DNA of 32,000 nucleotides from Alkanindiges illinoisensis DSM 15370 (GTDB lineage Bacteria; Pseudomonadota; Gammaproteobacteria; Pseudomonadales; Moraxellaceae): NCBI RefSeq assembly GCF_000619845.1, contig NZ_JHUX01000003.1, positions 280,064 to 312,063 of the forward strand, read 5' to 3'. Shown piece by piece: positions 24,980 to 32,000 of this stretch (position 1 is its first letter; each line of letters starts with the position of its first letter). The notes under the pieces were generated by a model. It saw only the letters and a program-made list of their open reading frames with translations, ran no database searches and was not told where the DNA came from. The position numbers and the translations under genes were made by a program.

Positions 24980-25412
24980 TTACTTTGCGCTTGAGCCAGT
25001 GATTGTGGCGCGCATTAAAGAGTGCCTGCCCGAGTTGGCGGATGCAGTTTATACACCATTTAGCGTGGATGAAATGCTGCAACTGGCCAATGATGACATG
25101 GCTGTGAGCGTGATTTATGCGGGTGACCGGGTGGGTGACAGTGCCGGGAATGGCCGCGCCAATGCGGTATATCAGCAGTGGCTGGTTGTCCTGTCCATTA
25201 ATGATCCGGGCGCACAGCTTGAGCAAACCGCGTCATTGCGTGCTATTGCAGCACCGTTGATTGTCAGGTTGCTCAAAGGCTTGCAGGGGTTTAATCCCAA
25301 TACATCTCCATATAAGCCATTACAGCGCATTGATGCTGGCGTCAGTGTCGGTCATGCGTCCAGCTATGGCTATTTCCCATTCCTTTTTGAATCTCAAATG
25401 CTGGTCGTCTAG
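24966..25412 (+). CDS. Neck/tail-completion protein (Mu gp37 / DUF1834-like)
   Basis: The call rests on position and size, with only weak pattern recall. Start at ATG 24966. Confidence 0.45.
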   Translation: MSDLDYFALEPVIVARIKECLPELADAVYTPFSVDEMLQLANDDMAVSVIYAGDRVGDSAGNGRANAVYQQWLVVLSINDPGAQLEQTASLRAIAAPLIVRLLKGLQGFNPNTSPYKPLQRIDAGVSVGHASSYGYFPFLFESQMLVV

Positions 25413-25423
25413 GAGCCAATACC

Positions 25424-25606
25424 ATGACCAAACAATACAAGGCAGTGCAGCCTGTAGGCCGCGCAGCCCCGGGTGATTTTATCGAAGATTTGCCCGAAGC
25501 ACAGATTAATCAATTGCTGGCCGATGGTCTGATTAAAGAGCACCAGCCAGCAGAAACCAATACTGAAAGTAAGCCAGCGGTCAAAGCTGAAGGGGTGAAA
25601 AAGTGA
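25424..25606 (+). CDS. Hypothetical 60-aa protein, paralogue of 23827..24009
   Basis: GRAAPGDFIEDLPEAQINQLLADGLI aligns with GQFAPGDALSGIDDARIKELIEAGHAI. Confidence 0.5.
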   Translation: MTKQYKAVQPVGRAAPGDFIEDLPEAQINQLLADGLIKEHQPAETNTESKPAVKAEGVKK

Positions 25607-26355
25607 GCCAATTAATTTCATTGCAAGGCCGGTTCTATCTGGCACCTATTGTTGCTGGTGTAGCAGGCACACCGCGTTATCTGGGCAATGTTCCAGACTT
25701 TGAAATTGCCACAGACGCCGACATTCTGGAGCATACAGAATCCACCACTGGCCAGCGTACTGTTGATTTCAGTATGAGCCGCACCAAGTCAGCCACCTTT
25801 AAAGGCACGCTTGAAGAGGTGAGCAAGGAAAATCTGGCCTATATCCTGAATGGCAATACATCGACCATTGCTGGGGGTGCTGTGACTGGGAAAGGCCTAG
25901 GTACAGTGGTTGCTGGTACTGAGGTGGCATTGGGTGGCTACAATGTTAGTGCTGTCACAATTAAGGACTCAGCATCCGGTACTGCTGCTACGGTTGACCC
26001 GTCCAAGTACACGATTGATGCTGCCTTTGGCACTATCACATTTAATGATGTGGCAGGCTACACCATGCCGCTAAAAGCTGACTTTACGGCTGGCACTGCC
26101 GAGGTAGTGACCATCAATGACAAGGAAAGTCAGGAGTATGAGCTAACTTTCCGTGGAATTAATACTGTCAACAATGACAAGGTAGAGGTTAAATTGTGGC
26201 GCACCAAGAAAGATCCCGGCACAACCTTTCCTTTAATCCATGAGGAGTTTGGATCGTATGAGATTAATGGCCGTGCCTTGTCTGATGCCAGCAAATCCAA
26301 TGATTCGGCATTAGGGCTGTTTGGCCGTATCGTTAAGATCGCTGCACCAGCCTAA
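25603..26355 (+). CDS. Major tail (tube) protein
   Basis: 250 aa with a GTG start and a GGGGTG SD. Position is before the chaperone and tape measure. Composition is beta-rich. Confidence 0.5.
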   Translation: MSQLISLQGRFYLAPIVAGVAGTPRYLGNVPDFEIATDADILEHTESTTGQRTVDFSMSRTKSATFKGTLEEVSKENLAYILNGNTSTIAGGAVTGKGLGTVVAGTEVALGGYNVSAVTIKDSASGTAATVDPSKYTIDAAFGTITFNDVAGYTMPLKADFTAGTAEVVTINDKESQEYELTFRGINTVNNDKVEVKLWRTKKDPGTTFPLIHEEFGSYEINGRALSDASKSNDSALGLFGRIVKIAAPA

Positions 26356-26363
26356 CCCACACA

Positions 26364-26425
26364 AAGCAGGCACAAGCAGGGCGCATCAGCCTTGCGAAGC
26401 ATTACTTCTCATTTTGTGCCTGCTT
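26364..26425 (+). promoter_or_regulatory. Large RNA stem-loop between the major tail and chaperone genes
   Basis: Perfect 12-bp inverted repeat AAGCAGGCACAA 26364-26375 / TTGTGCCTGCTT 26414-26425, with an inner hairpin. Confidence 0.45.
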
Positions 26426-26439
26426 CTTAGGACATTCCC

Positions 26440-27024
26440 ATGAACGAATTTGCACTGGGTAGCAATCGCACGATTACCTTGCCACTGGGTGAGCAACTGG
26501 TCGAAATCCGACAGGCGGTCATGGCAGAGTTTGACCAGTTTGTTGGCTCAGCACACACTATCAAAACTGCACTCGATGTATTGCCAAAAGATAAAGACCA
26601 TCAGGCAATCATTAAGGCATTTACCGATCATAAGCATGAAACCATACAACTGTTGGTGTTGCTTACCAACCTTGACGTAAAACAGGTAGGTGAACTAGCC
26701 GAAGCCGATCCAGTGAATCTGGCCCAACTGGTTTACGCCATGTATGCACTCAATACCGCATTTTTTGACGAAGCAGTCAAGCCAACACGCAAGTCAGACA
26801 ACAAGAAAAATACATGGTTTGACGGTTTTCAGTTCCTGATTAGCCAGGGTCATCGGCATAGCGAGATCATGCAATATACCTATGGTGCCTACTTGGGTTA
26901 CATGGAAGCGGCCAACAAGTCATGCCGTCATAATTTACGGGTGCAGGCGGGGATGATCCGCACAGCCCACCATGCAAATAAGCAGCAAATGGATAAATTT
27001 TGCCGAGACTTGGATAAAGATTAG
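26440..27024 (+). CDS. Tail assembly chaperone candidate
   Basis: The call rests on position between the major tail and tape measure genes. No slippery heptamer with an open -1 frame was found. Confidence 0.4.
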   Translation: MNEFALGSNRTITLPLGEQLVEIRQAVMAEFDQFVGSAHTIKTALDVLPKDKDHQAIIKAFTDHKHETIQLLVLLTNLDVKQVGELAEADPVNLAQLVYAMYALNTAFFDEAVKPTRKSDNKKNTWFDGFQFLISQGHRHSEIMQYTYGAYLGYMEAANKSCRHNLRVQAGMIRTAHHANKQQMDKFCRDLDKD

Positions 27025-27037
27025 TTTTACTCCCCAA

Positions 27038-27066
27038 TTGTATTGCCATTCAATTTTGATTAAATT
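27038..27066 (+). promoter_or_regulatory. Candidate sigma70 promoter of the membrane moron cassette
   Basis: TTGTAT 27038-27043, a 17-nt spacer, then TAAATT 27061-27066. Confidence 0.4.
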
Positions 27067-27095
27067 GTGGAGAAATATACAAAACGGTAAAACTA

Positions 27096-27926
27096 ATGAA
27101 AGGATTATTTTCCACGTTGTTTGCGGGCATGTTTTTAACTGGGGCAGTACACGCGGCGGATCAGAATTTATTTGGAACGGTTGAATATTCTCACCAGACC
27201 ATAAAATTTGATGATGACATAAAAGCTGATTTTGATGGTGGGACGATTGGGTTTAGCACATCGCCACGACAGCAATACGGTTACTGGGGCAAGTTTGAAT
27301 ATTCAAACAGCAGTAAGACCGATTCCAACTACTACGAAGGAACCTTAGGTATTAATTACAACCTGTTCAATCAGGGTAATTTTTATCTAAACGGTTTAGC
27401 CGGCATTGGATATACCCGGATTGAATCTGGCATCACGTCCAGCAACCTGAACTTTATATCAGTACCGCTGGCCGTAGAGGGTGGCTATTCACTCACCCCG
27501 AAACTAGATTTGTATGCCAGTGTTGGTTACAAATGGCTATTTGATACAACGGGCCGTGATGGTTATTACGGCAATGGCAAAGTGTCTACAGGCAGCAGCA
27601 CTGCTAATAATTCCGGTAAGGTACTTTGTAATACTGGTGGCGATAATGGCAGGGGTAAATGGGTTGATGGTTCAGACCCTAGTCTTTGTGCTAATTTTGG
27701 TGGTGTCGTTTCCAATCCTGGAAATAAAGTCTTGTGTAATAATGGGACATGGAGTAATAACCCCGATAACCGTACTGACCTTAGCGGCTTTTGCTCCAGC
27801 AATGGCGGCGTTTATGAGTCAAAAAGAAGTAGCCTAACCAGCTTAAGGGCTAGATACGGAAACTCAATTAGCCTTGGCGATGCACAAACTCCAGTGTATA
27901 AAATTGGCTTGCGGTTTAGTTTTTAA
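27096..27926 (+). CDS. Outer-membrane beta-barrel protein (Lom/Ail/OmpX-like class) with a large Cys-repeat loop
   Basis: Signal peptide MKGLFSTLFAGMFLTGAVHA/AD. Alternating amphipathic strands. C-terminal beta-signal YKIGLRFSF. Confidence 0.75.
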   Translation: MKGLFSTLFAGMFLTGAVHAADQNLFGTVEYSHQTIKFDDDIKADFDGGTIGFSTSPRQQYGYWGKFEYSNSSKTDSNYYEGTLGINYNLFNQGNFYLNGLAGIGYTRIESGITSSNLNFISVPLAVEGGYSLTPKLDLYASVGYKWLFDTTGRDGYYGNGKVSTGSSTANNSGKVLCNTGGDNGRGKWVDGSDPSLCANFGGVVSNPGNKVLCNNGTWSNNPDNRTDLSGFCSSNGGVYESKRSSLTSLRARYGNSISLGDAQTPVYKIGLRFSF

Positions 27927-27936
27927 GGAATAAGAA

Positions 27937-28281
27937 ATGGCTAATCAAACAGTTGAATGCTTAAATTGTGGGCATGTTGGGGCAACAAAGCTAAGAGGCA
28001 GTACTTTTATTACGCTGATACTGCTACTTTTTTATATTATACCTGGCATCATATATATGGTCTGGCGGCGAGGCGGCGGTGGTGTATGTAGCGCATGTGG
28101 CAGTCATAACACTAGATTATATGTGCCAAAGCCAAAAAATCAGCAAATAACTACGAAGGTTGGTAGTTCGTCAGATGTTCAACAGATTCAATGCCCTGAT
28201 TGCCGCGAATATATTCGCTATGATGCTCGAAAGTGTAAGCATTGCGGCACAATGATAGAGCAATCAAATACCAGCAGCTAA
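27937..28281 (+). CDS. Membrane-anchored double zinc-ribbon protein (LITAF-like topology)
   Basis: CLNC, then 12 aa, then FITLILLLFYIIPGIIYMVW, then RRGGGGV-CSAC. A second ribbon is CPDC...CKHC. Confidence 0.6.
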   Translation: MANQTVECLNCGHVGATKLRGSTFITLILLLFYIIPGIIYMVWRRGGGGVCSACGSHNTRLYVPKPKNQQITTKVGSSSDVQQIQCPDCREYIRYDARKCKHCGTMIEQSNTSS

Positions 28282-28296
28282 ATTAACCCATAATTT

Positions 28297-28324
28297 AAAG
28301 GTCACTTCGGTGGCCTTTTTTGTT
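28297..28324 (+). terminator. Intrinsic terminator T4
   Basis: AAAGGTCAC-TTCG-GTGGCCTTT followed by TTTTTTGTTGCC. Near-identical to T2. Confidence 0.75.
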
Positions 28325-28349
28325 GCCTAAATTTTAGTGAGATTAATAA

Positions 28350-31300
28350 ATGGCTGGAAATCTGGATTTTTTATTAAATCTTCGCGCGAATACCACAGGC
28401 TTTAATAAAGGCGTGGATGGGGCAAAGTTTGCTGTTAATGCTCTTGTGTCTGCAATGGCTGCGCTGGGCGTTGGTGTCTCACTAAAAGGCTTGGCTGATA
28501 CTGCTGACCAGTTCACCACGTTGCAAGCCCGGATTAAAGTTGCAGTCGGTGAAACTGGCAACTTTCAGGAAGCCATGGCGGGTGTTTATCGGGTAGCCAT
28601 TCAAACCAATTCCAATTTAGATTCTACCGCCAGTCTTTTCTCGCAGTTAAATAAAATTGGCAAGGACATGGGTCTAAGCCAACAGCAAGTGCTGAGTGTT
28701 ACTAAAACTATCAACGAAGCCATAAAGGTCGGCGGTGGATCAGCACAAGCAACTGATGCAGCAATTACCCAGCTTGTTCAGGGCCTTCAACTTGGAATCC
28801 TAAATGGCGAAAATTTAGCCAGTGTCATGGAGCAGGCACCTGCTATTGCAGATGCATTAGCTAAGAGCCTTGGTGTAACCACTGGCGAATTGCGCAAGAT
28901 GGCTGAGAATGGCGAGTTGTCGGCAGAGCGCGTAATTAAGGCGCTACAGCAACAATCTGGAGCTATTCAAGAGCAATACAGCAAGTTCCCTATCACTATC
29001 AGTAATGCCCTGCAACGCATCAGTACAGCGTGGACAATGCTGATCGGTGAAATGGACCAAGCCAGCGGGGCCAGTTCCAGCGTTGCAAAAATTCTGGTTT
29101 ATATTGCTGATAATTTGGGCGAGCTAAAGCGCTTTGTTGATGATGCATCGGAAGGCGTTGGATTCTTTGTTGGTAAACTGCAGGATATTGACCCCGGCAC
29201 AATTGATGCCTTAAAGACCGCCTTAAATTCAGCTTATGAAGCCATGAAAGAACTGGCTCAAATGGCCGTTGAGGGGTTTGAAATTACTCTTGATGTGCTG
29301 GACGAGTTGCTTCAAGGTGTTTTTAGTTTTATGACCACCAGCGAGCAGGCCGCTGAGGGCGTTAGTGGATTCAAGAAAGCGCTTGATGCTATCAATATTG
29401 TAATTGGCCTGCTACGTGATGGCTTTGCTGCGATTGGCATTGCAATCCAAGCTTTGACCGGTCTGTTTTACGACATGGCTGGGGTGTGGCTGACTGTACG
29501 CTCTAAATTTAGCTGGGGCGATGCTAAGCAACAGTTTATTGCTGATGCTGCCGAAATGGCAGAAAAGGCTGAACAGCACTATGCCAAAGCCCAAGAAAAG
29601 TTAATGGGATTTCAGTCTGCCACGCTAGCGGCAGGCTATCAGGCTCAAAAAACACAGGCGCAAATTAATCAGGAGCGTATCGCTGACAATGAAAAAACAT
29701 TGCAGCAATTGCAGATTGATGAGCAAAAAGCGCTTGCTGATCAAGCTGTCAATAATGAAAAGCGCAAGCAGTTGGAAGTGCAACTGGCAGAGGCTCGTAA
29801 GAGCGCCAATCAGGTTGCGATCAATACATTAGTTGCCCAGATTTCTGAACTGGATAAATCAGACGATGCATTTACTAAGGCCAATATTGACCGGCAGGCA
29901 GAGCGCCTAAAAGCCGCACAGACTTATGCTAATGAGGCAGTGAAGGCTAACGGCAATGTTTTAGACGCAGCTACCCATCAGCATTTGCTGCAAATGGGTT
30001 ATTTATCTACACAGACTGACGCACAGAAAAAAGCTGGTGAAGTCACGGTTACGGCGCTGGATGATAGTGCTAAGTCAGCAGAGGGCTTCGGCTTAACAGC
30101 TAGTGCCGCTGCTGAACGCGCTGCCAAGGCTTTGGGGGTTGATCTTGATGTTGCCTTGAATAATGTCACCCGTGGCATGAAAGAAGGTGTTACACAGGTT
30201 CAAACCATAGCTGCTGGTTTTGATGACCTTAAGAAAAAAGGGACTGATGCATCAGCTTTGCTGGTTGCTGGCATTGATGAGTTAATCAAGAAAGCTAAGA
30301 ATCAGGCGGATCTGGATGCGTTACGAAACCTCATCAACCAATTAGGCGCTGAAGGTAAACTTTCTGTTGATCAGGTTGCGGTGGCGCTCGGTGATGTGGG
30401 CAAGGCGGCAAAAAAAGTACCTGAAGATATTGATACGGCGCGCGGTGCACTGGAGGCCTTGGGTGTTGATGTTGGTAAATTTTCCAGCAAAACCACTGAG
30501 GAATTCAATAAGGCCAAAACCAGTGTTTTAAATGTCGCAGAGGGATTTTCTCAGCTAAAAGCCGATGGTATTGATGCTTCAGGTGCCTTGGCTGCATCAC
30601 TGCAAGAACTGCTCAAAGATGCCAAAAACCAAGCTGAAATTGAGGAAGTCCGCAAGCTGTATATCCAGTTTGGCAATGATGGCAAGCTGTCAGCGCTACA
30701 GGTGGCTGAAGGGCTGCGTCAGGCCAATGAGGAGCTAAACAAGGCTGATCCCAATGCGAGCGCATTAGAGCAGGCATTAAAACGGCTGGGGGTTGAAAGT
30801 CGTAAAAACCTTGAAATTCGCGCTCAGCAGCTTGAGCAGGATTTACTGGCAGCCAAGATCAGTGGGCAACTTACGGATCAGCAGCTAAAGCAGGCTGAGG
30901 AAACGGTTGCCAAAGCGCGTGCAGCAGCGGATGGTGTTGAGTATCACAATAACCGGGTGAGCCAGAGCTATAACCGGGTAAGTGATGCTGCCACAGGTGC
31001 AGGCAATGCAGGCGTACGTGCAGCACAGACCACTGCCGAGGCATGGGATAACACGGTCACGTCAATATCCAAAGCAGCAGCCAAGCTGGATGAAATTACC
31101 CGCAAACAAGGCAGCATGACCGGTTCAGACTTCCTGAACGGCAATGGCAACTTAAACAAGTCACTCAATGATGCGGGTTTGTTGTCTTATTCCGAGGAGC
31201 AGATCAAGCAGAAACTGATCAGCGAGAAGGGCTATGACGCAGATCGTGCTTCACGGGAAGCCAAACGCATATTCAGTGACCAGAGCTGGGCGCGGGGTGG

Positions 31301-31544
31301 CGTAAGTATTGCCAATGGTCAGTTGGGCATGAGCCAGTCTGGTGATCTCACCAATTACAATTACATCAACAGCCTGTTTGACCGGATGAACAGTGTGATT
31401 AGCTCCACCACGTCAAGTAACCAGCCTGAAAAAACAGTCAATGTAAACCTGCAACTTGATGGGAAAACTGTTCCTGCAAGGGTTCCAGCCAGTCAGGAAC
31501 AAAACTTTCTCGATATGCTGAAACAGGCCAAGAAAGTTAGTTAA
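28350..31544 (+). CDS. Tail tape measure protein
   Basis: 1064 aa, Ala/Gln/Lys-rich and helical, with an N-terminal tape-measure core-like region. The position fits. Confidence 0.9.
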   Translation: MAGNLDFLLNLRANTTGFNKGVDGAKFAVNALVSAMAALGVGVSLKGLADTADQFTTLQARIKVAVGETGNFQEAMAGVYRVAIQTNSNLDSTASLFSQLNKIGKDMGLSQQQVLSVTKTINEAIKVGGGSAQATDAAITQLVQGLQLGILNGENLASVMEQAPAIADALAKSLGVTTGELRKMAENGELSAERVIKALQQQSGAIQEQYSKFPITISNALQRISTAWTMLIGEMDQASGASSSVAKILVYIADNLGELKRFVDDASEGVGFFVGKLQDIDPGTIDALKTALNSAYEAMKELAQMAVEGFEITLDVLDELLQGVFSFMTTSEQAAEGVSGFKKALDAINIVIGLLRDGFAAIGIAIQALTGLFYDMAGVWLTVRSKFSWGDAKQQFIADAAEMAEKAEQHYAKAQEKLMGFQSATLAAGYQAQKTQAQINQERIADNEKTLQQLQIDEQKALADQAVNNEKRKQLEVQLAEARKSANQVAINTLVAQISELDKSDDAFTKANIDRQAERLKAAQTYANEAVKANGNVLDAATHQHLLQMGYLSTQTDAQKKAGEVTVTALDDSAKSAEGFGLTASAAAERAAKALGVDLDVALNNVTRGMKEGVTQVQTIAAGFDDLKKKGTDASALLVAGIDELIKKAKNQADLDALRNLINQLGAEGKLSVDQVAVALGDVGKAAKKVPEDIDTARGALEALGVDVGKFSSKTTEEFNKAKTSVLNVAEGFSQLKADGIDASGALAASLQELLKDAKNQAEIEEVRKLYIQFGNDGKLSALQVAEGLRQANEELNKADPNASALEQALKRLGVESRKNLEIRAQQLEQDLLAAKISGQLTDQQLKQAEETVAKARAAADGVEYHNNRVSQSYNRVSDAATGAGNAGVRAAQTTAEAWDNTVTSISKAAAKLDEITRKQGSMTGSDFLNGNGNLNKSLNDAGLLSYSEEQIKQKLISEKGYDADRASREAKRIFSDQSWARGGVSIANGQLGMSQSGDLTNYNYINSLFDRMNSVISSTTSSNQPEKTVNVNLQLDGKTVPARVPASQEQNFLDMLKQAKKVS
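30123..30773 (+). repeat. Two full tandem 108/109-aa repeats inside the tape measure, with a partial third copy following
   Basis: The units begin AKALGVDLD (30123), ALEALGVDVG (30447) and ALKRLGVES (30774). GFDDLKKKGTDASALL parallels GFSQLKADGIDASGAL. Confidence 0.7.
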
Positions 31545-31603
31545 TTAGCCTTGAACTGACTAAAAAGCGCCCTACATATTTAATTCACAATTAACCTGAG
31601 CGA

Positions 31604-31834
31604 GTGCAGCAAATGTTTGTCAAGAAAGGTGAATTTTATATAAATCTTGATCATGTAATTCTGATCCAAAGGCTAGTAGTAGAGGGCAACCAACCTGCGG
31701 CACGTATATGGCACTCCCAGCCCTTGATTCATGATGAGGCAGAAGGGCCAGTGCCGTATGCCGATGCCAAGTTTGAAACTGAAGCAGAGCTTGATGCTTT
31801 TATTGAAAAAGTATTAGCTGCATCTAAATCCTAA
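31604..31834 (+). CDS. Hypothetical protein (76 aa)
   Basis: ORF starting at GTG 31604 or ATG 31613, with a weak SD. It is followed by terminator T5. Confidence 0.4.
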   Translation: MQQMFVKKGEFYINLDHVILIQRLVVEGNQPAARIWHSQPLIHDEAEGPVPYADAKFETEAELDAFIEKVLAASKS

Positions 31835-31856
31835 TAGCCAGTCGCCAAAACACCTA

Positions 31857-31883
31857 ACCCGCTCATGTAGCGGGTTTTCTTTT
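31857..31883 (+). terminator. Intrinsic terminator T5
   Basis: ACCCGCT-CATGT-AGCGGGT followed by TTTTCTTTT. Confidence 0.65.
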
Positions 31884-31896
31884 GCCCGAGAATTTT

Positions 31897-32000
31897 ATGA
31901 AGCTAAAAAACCTGAGCACACAGGCAGTTTTAACGCTGTCTGATGAGTTGCTATGGACAGATGAGTTCGACTGGTCACCGGTTAAGACCAATGCCAGCTA
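31897..32000 (+). CDS. 5' end of a distal tail gene (partial, runs off the window)
   Basis: Open frame MKLKNLSTQAVLTLSDELLWTDEFDWSPVKTNAS. Position is after the tape measure. Confidence 0.4.
   Translation, partial: MKLKNLSTQAVLTLSDELLWTDEFDWSPVKTNAS

Larger units (their letters stand above)
1..32000. mobile_element. Temperate prophage segment with lambda-like organisation and siphovirus-type tail genes
   Basis: Collinear phage modules on divergent transcription units. CI/Cro switch, DnaB, terminase, portal, capsid and tape measure are all recognisable from motifs. Confidence 0.9.

Noticed and set aside
26440..27024. Programmed -1 frameshift (G/GT-type) in the tail chaperone candidate
   Set aside because: The only slippery-looking runs are A-TTT-TTT at 26760-26766 and G-AAA-AAT at 26805-26811. 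Both hit a stop codon within 0-3 codons in the -1 frame. The 26972..27184 alternative-frame ORF runs into the OMP gene and looks spurious.
27514..27837. 107-aa alternative-frame ORF inside the OMP gene
   Set aside because: The OMP frame has a signal peptide, amphipathic strands and a C-terminal beta-signal. The alternative frame has no support.
15616..28324. Repeated hairpin elements considered as a CRISPR-like or REP-like array
   Set aside because: The copies are hundreds of nt to kb apart with irregular spacing. Each is a hairpin plus a T run at a gene end, so they are terminators and not a CRISPR array.
1..32000. Search for an integrase, a lysis cassette (holin/endolysin/spanin), tRNA genes, reverse transcriptase/DGR and toxin-antitoxin pairs
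   Set aside because: None is recognisable in any frame of this window. The integrase is presumably left of position 1, and the lysis genes are probably beyond the tail genes to the right.

Overview
The whole window is one contiguous temperate prophage with lambda-like organisation and siphovirus-type tail genes. The host cannot be determined from the sequence alone. The layout from left to right is as follows. (1) 1-254: an AT-rich non-coding end with 10-bp-phased CGGA(A/T)T repeats and a terminator. (2) 6503 down to 255, minus strand: an early-left operon. It holds an AlpA/Xis-like gene, a half-size DnaN-like clamp, an HNH endonuclease, a PD-(D/E)XK nuclease, a Sak4-like AAA_24 ATPase and many small ORFs. 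Several of these small ORFs fall below the 60-aa cutoff of the ORF track. (3) The immunity switch: a CI-like S24 repressor (6670-7383, minus), then Cro-like and CII-like genes on the plus strand. The repressor gene is flanked on both sides by arrays of GTAAAG/CTTTAC half-sites. (4) A rightward replication module: an initiator gene with an internal ori-like iteron and AT tract, followed by a DnaB helicase. (5) A nin-like region with two diverged lambda-type Ser/Thr phosphatases bracketing a triple-zinc-ribbon VRR-NUC nuclease. (6) A non-canonical regulator in the Q position, followed by a near-consensus promoter, a short leader and a terminator (PR'/tR'-like). (7) The late operon: terS, PBSX-type terL, Mu gp29-like portal, MuF-like protein, protease-scaffold, D-like decoration protein, E-like major capsid, connector and neck genes, major tail, chaperone, a 1064-aa tape measure and the start of the distal tail genes. 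Moron-like inserts, mostly ending in intrinsic terminators (three of which are near-identical), sit in the late leader (15.6-16.2 kb), in the head module (20.67-21.34 kb), between the tail chaperone and tape measure (27.0-28.3 kb) and after the tape measure. The candidates I consider most interesting are the truncated beta-clamp homologue, the Q-position antitermination module, and the two-gene membrane cassette (an OMP with a Cys-repeat loop plus a LITAF-like zinc-ribbon membrane protein). I found no integrase, lysis cassette, tRNA or CRISPR array in the window. All family assignments come from motif recognition by eye, and no database search was run.
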